Of a stretch of DNA of 64,000 nt, positions 1 through 10,125 are shown one piece after another. Under the pieces are notes generated by a model, which was given only the letters and a program-made list of their open reading frames with translations, searched no databases and was not told the origin of the DNA. Source of the DNA: Utricularia gibba (lineage: Eukaryota > Plantae > Magnoliophyta); assembly GCA_002189035.1 (NCBI GenBank), contig CM007992.1:1426001-1490000 (forward strand), written 5' to 3'. The position numbers and the translations under genes were made by a program. Positions within the stretch are counted from its first letter, which is position 1, and each line of letters begins with the position of its first letter.

Positions 1-649
1 CTATAATCTGAGTGCATTTTCATGCTAACTTGGATTACTGATTGCGGCATTGCATGTATTTCCTAGGTGTGGTGGGGTGCATATGCCTTGTACTTCTCTT
101 CCTTTAATGTCGTTATCATATAATGGTATGCTGCCTCATTCTATATAAAGTGACTAAACATGGGGACATATTGCAAGGAACTTTTTTTGTTGAGTAATTA
201 TGCTTTTGCTAGTTTAAGTTGAACATGAGAAGCTTCTGGTCTGTTGCCTGATCATAAGTTGTGTTACTGACTGATTAACATTTGATGAAGCAGCTTCCCA
301 GATTGTCGTCCAAGCGTTTGAGTTTCACTTTTGTGGTTCTTGTATGCTAGTGACTAACTCCACACACACCTTCAAGGAGAAGTATTCTTCCCTTCTTGTG
401 GTTTTCCATAAGTTTTGGGCTTTCATACACCAAAACTACATGCTTTCCAACTGAAGATTCCCTTTGTTGCTTGAAATATGCTGTCTTTTGTACTTGCTTG
501 AAGGCTGATATTCGTCTGGTAGTACCTTCTGATCATGCTCTTAGTAACAGCTACCTATCTCCTTTTGGTTCCCAGGCTGCTGATATGACTTCTGAAGCCA
601 ACCAATTCGAGACTTAGAGCACATGGTCTAGGTACACGAACCAATCCTG

Positions 650-2129
650 ATGTGGGACGGAGCTTCTGATAGCAGCACCAGCCTAGGGTGTGCTCCCTGC
701 ATAGAAGAAGAGGTAACAAATTCTGATAGTTACATCCACAAACCAGGCTGTCAATCCAGAAATGAGGTGGTTTAACTTGAATGGCAGCCAAAGTCACTGG
801 AGAAGACTAAAGATTGTCAAGCATCACAAAGTGCTTCAGAGAAGGTAAACACATCTCCACTTGCTTGTGCGAGCTCAGATCTGTGTTTGTAATTCATCAT
901 TTGTGGCAGATACAACGAAAGCTTGCTCAGAATCGTCAAGCTGCGAAGAAATGCAGGATGAGAAAGAAGGTTCTTCATGTTTTGCTACCTTTCATTTACT
1001 GCAGCTCTGCAACCTGAACTGCTCTTTGGATAGGCGTATGTTCAAGAATTAGAAATGGATTGGCTGAAACTTGCCCAGCTTGAGCTGGAACTGAAAAGAG
1101 TTAGGCAAAATGTAAGGAAAAATGAGCCAGCCATTCATGGCTGTCTGTGATTCGCTCCTGTCCCCAAAAACATTCACTTGATTTAGATGAATCCGCAGGG
1201 TATGACTGTTCCGGTTTCAACTTCAAATACGTGTCTTATGTACAGAACTGTGAGCTCAGGTACGCAGCAACTGCATTCTGCTTTCAATGAGAACGATGCT
1301 GTGACACATCCTCATTCATAGCAGGTGTTTCTGCGTTTGAGATGGCATTTGGACAATGGAAAGATGGGAGAGATCGAGCAGTGTCAGATCTTCGAAACGT
1401 ACTTGAGAGTTCTAGAAGTGAAGCAGAGCTGCACCTTGTGATTGACAGTATGCTGGAACACTACCAACATCTGTTCCAAATGAAAAGAGATGCTGCAAGA
1501 ATCGACGCCTTCTACGTGGTCTCAGGCATGTGGGCGACCTCCGTGGAACGTTTCTTCCTCTGGATTGGAGGCTTCCGGCCATCAGAGCTCCTAAGCGTAT
1601 GTACGAACTTAATACCAGTTTCAGAACTTGTTCCAGAGAGCAGGTAAACAAGGCCATAGTTTCTTCCTGCAGTTTGTGAAGCCACACCTTGAGCCGTTAA
1701 CAGAGCAGCAAACGACGAATGTGAGCAACCTGAAGCGCTCATGTACACAAGCAGAGGACGCTCTGTCACAGGGCGTGGAAAGACTTCAACAGACGATGGT
1801 GGATAGCATTGCATTTCTTGCTGAAGAAGCGGGAAGCTACAGCTCTCAGACAGCTTCAGCTTTGGACAAGATGGAGTCTTTAGAAGGCTTCGTGAACCAG
1901 GTCAGAACAACAACAACTCCCTCTTGCCTTCACTCCTCCTCCAAGCTCTGATTCCCATCCGCATTGCACTCAGGCCGATCATCTACGAGAGCAAACCTTG
2001 CGCCACATGTCCCGCATCTTGTCCGCCCACCAAACTGCAAGAGGATTACTCGCGTTCCATGATTACTTCCACTATCTCCGTGCTCTCAGCGAGCTCTGGA
2101 CTGCTCGTTGTCCTCAAGAGCCACAGTGA
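650..2129 (+). CDS. TGA: TGA-family bZIP transcription factor (bZIP + DOG1 domain), divergent, ~324 aa
   Basis: GT-AG exons read by hand join in frame: 650-712, 788-844, 910-969, 1034-1111, 1199-1259, 1325-1596, 1673-1900, 1974-2129. Basic region IQRKLAQNRQAAKKCRMRKKAYVQELE; DOG1-domain motifs SGMWATSVERFFLWIGGFRPSELL, QAEDALSQG, ADHLREQTL. The start codon at 650 is inferred. Confidence 0.9.
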
Positions 2130-3777
2130 TTCCTCCCTCTGCAAAAGGATCAGCTTACCTGGTCCGGTACACGTCCTCCTGGTTACTGTTTATCGGGAGT
2201 AGCAGCAACTTGTACGCAGGAAGCAAGGCGAGCAATACACTGTTGATATTCATGCAAATGACCAGAATTCAGTTGTAAAACTCCCCTATTTTTTAAAGTT
2301 TTATATTTTACTTGAATTTAATTATGTATTTGCATACTTCTGTGACCACGTTTGGTTCCAGAGTTTAGCCAATTTTATAGTTAGGTTTAATATTTTAGAA
2401 TGTTTGATACATAAGTTATTATCGAATATAAACTCATCACTCATCAATAACTTATACATATGGATTTATATGCTCACCTAGGGGTGGGTTTAAATATAAC
2501 TATTTTATAATATAATTTATTTTTCAATTTTACTTCTGCTTTAAAGGGTATTTAAATAATTTTATACATAAATAACCTAAACATATATTTTATAAATCAA
2601 TATACCAGACGCATATAATAACAAACCTACATAATATTAACCCGATAACCAAACACATTTTCTCACAAAACCCATAGTTATAAGTTTAAAAATACCTAAA
2701 TAATTCATACCCAATTTAAACTCTAACTCACAAATCAAATGAAGAGATTAGGTTACCGTTACCCAATGGACGATTGCTCTTATTTTGGGTGTGCTCTCTA
2801 AACCCAAATTTAAGCTTAATATTGTAAATGTATGCATAATCTTTCTTCAATTGAAGAGATCCATTCTTTTTAATCCAATTCATTTCTGTCTTATTCCTAA
2901 GTAATACAACAAATGAGACATGAAGAATGAAGGTATAAGCCTATGGTCATACAAATATAGTCTGTATCATTTTTTTTCTCACATATGAAAATAAAATTAA
3001 ATTACATTACAGCTAATCAATTTTTTCATGCAAATCATATTTCTAAACAATTTTAGTAAGTCCCTGTCCAAAAAGAAAAACTAAATATAGACAGGGGAGA
3101 TAATAAGGCGAAAAATTTTCATAGGTTTAAATTATTTAATTTTATAATAACAATATTTTTTTAATTCATTTGATAGCAGGGGCGGAGCTTGGGGAGTGCC
3201 CATAAAAAATTTTGATGTTACTTTTTAATTATATTTATATATTATTTAAAAAATTTCTTCAGTTTCATGAATTCGATCACCTTCAAAACTTCCTCAATCT
3301 TTGGTAGTATAATAACTTTGTGCTTGATATGTTTAATGTTATTGGATTTATAATAAATTTCAAATCGCCCCCATAAGTTTAGGTTTTGTTCTGTTTATAC
3401 AATTTCATCAAGTGATTTTTTTAATTTTAACTGTTATGTAATAAAATTAAAAATTCAAATTATATGATAAAACTTTAAAATTTTTGAATATATGATTTAT
3501 TAATTAAATAATAGATTAATTATAAGAATTATATGATTTATTTTTTATATATTCCAACAATCTATTTATATAATAATATTAAATCATACGATAAATCAAA
3601 AATCTCGTCACTATTAAATTAACCCTGATCTTAGTTAAAGTAGGTGGATAAAATCATTGAGAAAATATTATGTAATTAATATTTTCCCTTTAAAAAAAGA
3701 TATTTTAAAAATATTGACACTGAGAACATGAAGCGTATAAATAGGGGACCGAGGGTGAGACATCTGCATCTACTGCA

Positions 3778-4278
3778 ATGGCTACTAGAGTTGTGGTTTG
3801 GTTGATTTTAGGGTTCGCCGCCTTCTGCCCTTCTCAGTCGGACTTGATCGGCGACGTTTGCTGGAAGACTCGGAACCCCTCACTTTGCAACAGCAAGCTC
3901 CGATCCGACCCGAGATCCCGAACGGCGGATCTCGCCGGCCTCGGAAGGATCGCACTGGACAAATCTATTGCCGCCACGCAAGCAACGATCGCGGTGGCTA
4001 AGTCTCTCAGAGGCGGCGGAATCTGGGGTAAGATCGATACTTGTGTGGACGCATGCAGCGACGCAATGGATGAACTCAATGACTGCGTTAAACTGCTTCC
4101 CCCTCGCAAGAGCAGCGACATTTACGATCTGCAGACGTATGCGACGGCGGCCCAGACGGATGTCGGAACTTGCGACGATGACTTCGGCCGCGGCGAGCCG
4201 CCAAGGCTTCAGTACGCGAGCGGCCGTGCGCAGGATCTCATCGGCGTGCTTCTCGTCATCGCTAATAGACTGGCTTAG
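3778..4278 (+). CDS. PMEI: Pectin methylesterase inhibitor (PMEI/INH family), copy 1, intronless, with signal peptide
   Basis: 166 aa ORF with hydrophobic N-terminus; LIGDVCWKTRNPSLC..LRSDPRS closely resembles kiwi PMEI (LISEICPKTRNPSLC..LESDPRS); TAAQTDVGTCDDDF (SAA-type motif); C-terminal DLIGVLLVIANRL; TATA-like tataaata ~40 bp upstream. Confidence 0.9.
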   Translation: MATRVVVWLILGFAAFCPSQSDLIGDVCWKTRNPSLCNSKLRSDPRSRTADLAGLGRIALDKSIAATQATIAVAKSLRGGGIWGKIDTCVDACSDAMDELNDCVKLLPPRKSSDIYDLQTYATAAQTDVGTCDDDFGRGEPPRLQYASGRAQDLIGVLLVIANRLA

Positions 4279-4900
4279 ATTGCTTAAAAAGTAGAATGAT
4301 GCTGGAGTTTGTTTTTTTAGCCTTCAAGTATTTAAGTTTGGGTTTGTTCTACATACCTTATTAGATGATAAAATTTATTCATATGAAATGAAAGAATATT
4401 GAAAATTATTCTATAATTATATTGAGTTTTGAGAAATGATTATTACTCAATGTATGTTAGCAAATTCTATTTCTTTAGGTGATAATGAAAATTTATTATT
4501 AGAGAACATGTGGCTAGTAATGTTATAACAAACAAATGAATACGAATAATCATTATTTTGTGTTTATTTATTTACATTTATTGAAAAAAATTGTTTATTT
4601 TTATTTATTTAATATTTTCAAACATTTACAAAACATTCATAATAGTTCGAGTTTAAATTTAAAGAATTATTATTATTCACGTTTCTAATAAAATAAATTA
4701 ATATTTTATTCTCAAAATAAAACATATATATTATACTCGATCTACACAAATCAATCGAACAAATCAAATCCTACAGACATGTAATACTCGGCTCATTCTC
4801 AAGTTTACGAAAACTAAAGTAGTGACATCCAATATAAATTAATTAGAATGTATTTCAACAAACTATGTGGGATTTCACAATTCTTATTCAGAGCAGCCGC

Positions 4901-5891
4901 CAGCCAAAGTCACAGGAAGAAGACTAAAGATTGCCAAGCATCATTAAGTGGTTCAGAGAAGGTAAACACATCTCCAGTTGCGTGTGCGAGCTCAGATCTG
5001 TGTTTGTAATTCATCATTTGTGGCAGATACAACGGCAACTGCATCAGAATGTGAACAACCTGAAGCGTTCATGTACTGACGCTCTGTCGCAGGGCGTGAA
5101 AAGACAGACTTCAACAGGCGATGGTGGATGGCATTGCATTTCTTGCTGAAGGAGCTGGAAGCTACTGATCTCAGACTGCTTCTCCTTTGGACAAGATGGA
5201 GTCTTTAGAAGGATTATTGAACCAAGTCAAAACTATTAGAATACACAATAATGCATCCTAATCAAATTGGAATTATCGAGTATATAATAGATTATGAATC
5301 ATTAATAATCGATTGGATTTAATCTTTTCTAATATAATTTAAGTTTGTTATATACTTAGATTTCACATGTGCTTGTCTGATTTATTGGATCCTGAATTTC
5401 AATATAGTATAAGAATGTTTGACTTACAACATAGTTTGGGTTGTCAAAATGGATTTCATTCAAGACATGGTTAACAAAAAAAAGAACAAGAAAATATATT
5501 GGAGTTAGACAACAAAAATTAGATCGATTTATGACTTGATAACTATTTATAATTATATAAAAAAACAAGTATTAATCGGATAAAAAATACTAATTCAACT
5601 TGAAGGTAAATTATATAAAAGACTATGTAATAATCATTTGTATGTAATCTTTTCTAATGTTATTTATATTTCTCATATACTTGAATTTTAAGTACATCCG
5701 ATCAATCTGATCTTGAATTTCAGCAATAACAACAACAGCTCCCGCTTGCCTTCACTTCTTCTCCAAGCTCATCTGCTTCTGTCTGATTCGCATCCACATT
5801 GCACACACGCCGATCATCTACTTGAGCAAACCTTGCGCCACACGTCCCGCATCTTGACCCACCGCCCACCAAACTGCAAGAGGATTACTCG
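4901..5891 (+). pseudogene. Fragmented duplicate of the TGA gene
   Basis: 4901-5033 matches ~785-916 of the intact gene; ~5045-5228 matches ~1715-1902 with small indels and a TGA stop; ~5723-5891 matches ~1905-2052. The bZIP and most of the DOG1 exons are deleted and a ~490 bp AT-rich block interrupts the last intron. Confidence 0.85.
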
Positions 5892-6443
5892 TATATCAAA
5901 GTTTCAAATTTTTAAAAGTATATTATAAAAAATGTCTTCCAAATGAGATAAAAATGTAATCTTTGCATAAAATTTTCTCGGAGGAAAATGTAAAAACATG
6001 AAGATTTGATTATATGAGATACGAAACAAACAAGGAATAAATGTCATAATATATATGATGAAATTATTAATTATATATTTCAAATTTTTATGTCAGTATT
6101 TAAACATTGTTCAAATGCATAAAATACACTTTATTTTTATAAAAAAGTAATCCTAAGTCAATAAAGAATAATGAAAAAAGTCATACAAAAGGCACAGTAA
6201 TGAGAAGTAAATATAAAAACTGATTTTTTTTTTTAAAAAAAAAACGTTAATCTAATCAATGTGTTGTTTGGTTTTTTTCTCTTTTCTTTTTACAATAAAC
6301 CGATTAAATCCAAAATCCCGTCACTAATAAATTATGTAATTATTATTTTCCCTTTTAAAAAAAGAATATTTTGAAAACGTTGAATCTGAGACCATGCAGT
6401 GTATAAATAGGAGACCGAGGGCGAGACATCTGCATCCACTGCA

Positions 6444-6946
6444 ATGGCTATTAAGCTTCTAGTTCTCGTTTCGTTGATTTTCGGGTTCGCCACCCTTTGC
6501 CCTTCTCAGGCGGACCTCATCGGCGACGTTTGCGGGAAGGCTGAGAACCCCTCACTTTGCAACCGCGAGCTCCGCTCCGACCCGAGATCCCGAACAGCGG
6601 ATCTTGCCGGCCTCGGAAGAATCGCACTGGACAAATCTATCGCCGCCGCGCAGGCGATGATCGTGGTGGCAAAGTCTGTCAGAAGCGGCGACAACGCGAA
6701 AAAAATCGATACTTGTGTGGAAGCATGCGGCGACGGAATTGATGATCTCAAAGACTGCATTAATTTCCTTCCCCTCGCAAGAGCACCGACGTTGGTGATC
6801 TGCAGACTTATGCTTCCTCCGCCGACACGAATGTCGGAACTTGCGACGATGAGTTCGGCAGCGGCGAGCCGCCAAGGCTTCAGTACGCTAGCACCCGTGC
6901 GCAGGATCTCATCGACGTGCTTCTCGTCATCGCCAACAGACTGTGA
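6444..6946 (+). CDS. PMEI: PMEI copy 2, with a -1 frameshift (pseudogene or consensus error)
   Basis: Paralog of copy 1. CCCC at 6771-6774 corresponds to CCCCC in copy 1; restoring one C gives ...LPPRKSTDVGDLQTYASSADTNVGTCDDEFGSGEPPRLQYASTRAQDLIDVLLVIANRL* ending at TGA 6944-6946. Confidence 0.8.
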
Positions 6947-7866
6947 CTGCAAGTTTTGAAGTTTATGCTGCTTATCTTATTAGATAATAAATTACTAAAA
7001 ATAAAGGGGAATGATAAAGAATATTGAAGGTACTTATATAATTATATTGAGTCTTGATAAATGAGTATTGCTAGATATATGGTATCTATTTGTATTTTTT
7101 TTAATATGATAATGCAAAATTATTATTAAAAAATCTTACAAATCAAGTCATTTACTTTTTGTGTTATCAAAAAATTGGACGCATATCTTAAGTATGTGAG
7201 AAAAATAATCATTATATATATAAAAAATTAATCGTAATATATGAAAAATGAAGATAAGATATTCAATTTTCTAAATAACCCGTCATTTGTATCAATGGTA
7301 ACTTGATCTATTTCAAATTGGATTCTAACAACAATCTTTCAAGGGTTTGTACTTAGTTTTATTTCGACATTCAAAATACCCTTTAAAACGATACATGTCG
7401 ATATGAATGTTTTAAATCATGAAAAAAAAACCAGGTTTGAATCGTTCTGTGGTTCTTTTTTTTTTTTTTTTGAAATATTTCAAATTTAATGCAAACTTTA
7501 TTATATACCATTTGAAGTTGAAACCGGTTTTTAAAGTACTAGCTAATTGGGAATTTTCATATCTCCCGTTAAATGTGGTTTATGGTGTGTGCACCACTTT
7601 TTTGAAAAGGAATTCTGAGGGAGTAACGTAATTATGTAATTAAGAAACTCCAGCACTATTCAACTAACCTTTTTGACTAATCTTAATTAAGGTAGGTAAA
7701 AGCAATGAGAAAGTATTATGTAATTATTAATTTCATTTTTTAAAAAATAAATAATATTTTCAAAACTACGGTAATTACATGATTATGTGCACTAATTGCG
7801 TGTTAACACTGAGAACGTGTAGTGTATAAAGAGGAGACCGAGGGCGAGACGCCTGCATCCACTGCA

Positions 7867-8364
7867 ATGGCTACTCACCTTTTCGTTTCGTTGATTTTAA
7901 CGTTCGCCGCCTTCTGTCCTTCTCAGGCAGACTTAATCGGCGACGTGTGCGGGAAGTCTCGGAACTCCTCACTCTGCAACCGCGAGCTCCGATCCGATCC
8001 GAGATCCCGAACAGCGGATCTCGTCGGCCTCGGAAGAATCGCGGTGGACAAATCTATTGCCGCCTCGAAGGCGACGATCGTGGCGGCGAATTCTGTCAGA
8101 AGCGGCGACATTGGGATTCTGATCGACTCTTGTGTGAAAGTATGTGGCCAGGCAATTGGTGAACTCAACGAATGCGCTAAATTGCTTCCCCCAAGGAAAC
8201 GCAGCGACGTCGGTGATCTGCAGACGCGGGCTACGGCGGCCGGATCGGATGTCGAATTTTGCGACGATCAGTTCGACGGCGGCGAGCCGGATAGGCTTCA
8301 GGACGCCAGCGGCCGGGCGCAGGATCTTATCAACGTGCTTCTCGTTATCGCTAATAGGCTATGA
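7867..8364 (+). CDS. PMEI: PMEI copy 3, intronless
   Basis: ATG at 7867 in the same context (ctgcaATGGCTA) as copies 1 and 2; intact ORF with the same cysteines and C-terminal DLINVLLVIANRL. Confidence 0.9.
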   Translation: MATHLFVSLILTFAAFCPSQADLIGDVCGKSRNSSLCNRELRSDPRSRTADLVGLGRIAVDKSIAASKATIVAANSVRSGDIGILIDSCVKVCGQAIGELNECAKLLPPRKRSDVGDLQTRATAAGSDVEFCDDQFDGGEPDRLQDASGRAQDLINVLLVIANRL

Positions 8365-10125
8365 CTACTAAACTTTGAATAAGCGTTTCTATTAATAAAA
8401 GTATAAATCAAATCTTTCATAATGATAAGTTACAATATATCTCCATTTTTAAAATTCTAGTTTTTATTATTTGGTTTTAAAAAATTAAATTTTGAACTTA
8501 AAAAATTTACACTCAACCGAAAATTGAACATTGACAACGTTTGAAAAAATCAATCCAAAATTAATTTTAACATAATCAAAAATTCTAAGAAAATCAGAAT
8601 TTATATATTTCGAATTTTTTTTTGAGAATAATTAGTATAGAATTGATGTTTGAAGTGTAAAAGAATAAGAAGTGATTTTTATAAATAAATTATATATTTA
8701 CTAGCAATCATATTTTATAAATTTATTTAAATAAAACATATTACATAAATCAATATTTATCAAATTATTTAAAATTTTTCAAATCAATGATTCTTATACT
8801 GTTGATTGAAAATTTATAAAACTCTAGCCCATATAAGTAGAATAAATTTTTGTAAGAAATACAAATTAGTATTTACTATAAAAAAATGCTATTATTTGTA
8901 ATTTTTTATTAATAAATAAATATAATAAAAAACTAATTTATTAAACTCAATTCTGAAAATAATTACATATAAAAACTATGCATCCATGATTCTTTTAAAA
9001 TTAAATTGATTCTCCAAAATCAATTCTCATAGAAGAGAATCAAATAAATATTTGGAAGGTAGAATCAATCTTAAATGAATAGAATTGAATTTAATAAAAT
9101 AGAAGTAGTTTCCAAATGAAGCCTCAGTTAATTGATAAATTACCGAAAACATGTGAATTGCAAACATAGCTTTGGACAACAATCTTTCAAGGGTTTGTGC
9201 TTCATTTTTGTTCGATTTCGTTTTGTTTAATAAATTAATATTGTTTATAAATTACCAATAACCTATTATTAACATTTGGATAAATTGATATATGTATAAA
9301 TATGGTTTTCCTGAATACTATTTTATTAAAAATATGTTTCACATACTTCTTTAAAATAAGAATAAGAAGCTTCATAAGTATACAAAATTGCAAAACAAAA
9401 AATATGTTCTATTGCAAAAAATAATGTGAATAAAATTTTTACTTCTTAATCATATTTAGATAAAAAAAAATAGAATTTATATAAATTAATCATCAACAAC
9501 TAAAATAATTCAAGAGAAAGATTAATTTTTCTATTGAAATTTATTTTTATGAATAAAAATAAAAACTTGAATGTTTGTCGTCAATGGTCTATTGGATTCC
9601 TTGAAGCTTTGAGGCGTTCAGATTTGATTCCGGTTATCTGGACTTCTGGGTTTTCATGTTTTGATTCTAATAGTGGAAAAATTGCGTCACCCCCGATCGG
9701 GGAGATGTCGTCACTGCTTCCTTATGATCCATAAATGGTGCCATCGGAGCCCAGTTGGTAGTGCTGCCTGACAAAAGGGGAAAATTGCAAGTAATCATCG
9801 AAAGCATGTGCATGCCTTCTGGTAGAATATCCTCGCCCACTGCTTTCCTTGGATTGCGGCAAGGAATGAATGTCTCCCACCGCCTTTTTCAGAACGACAA
9901 AGGATGAGGAAGAGTCGTCAATCCATCGTCTTGGGATTTGCAGCACTTTCTTTTTTTGTTTTTTGTTAGTGCACTGGTATGATTCCACGGGAAAGAGAAA
10001 TGTAGACTACTTTTCCCAGTTTCATTGCCTTGTTTGATATGGGATTAGGGAAGTTGGGAGAGTTACAGAAGGACCCCGAATCCTGTTTTCCTACACCCGT
10101 TTCATAGAAGTTGAGTTCAGTGGTT

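Noticed and set aside
2345-2660. Possible Tourist-like MITE (cgtttggtt ... aaccaaac)
   Set aside because: Only 8-9 bp of terminal complementarity and no TSD; not enough to call.
3176-3400. caggggcggagc start typical of a small MITE family
   Set aside because: The matching right terminus is not recognisable.
3798-8371. Overlapping alternative-frame and antisense ORFs across the PMEI genes
   Set aside because: By-products of GC-rich PMEI coding sequence; repeated only because the genes are paralogs.
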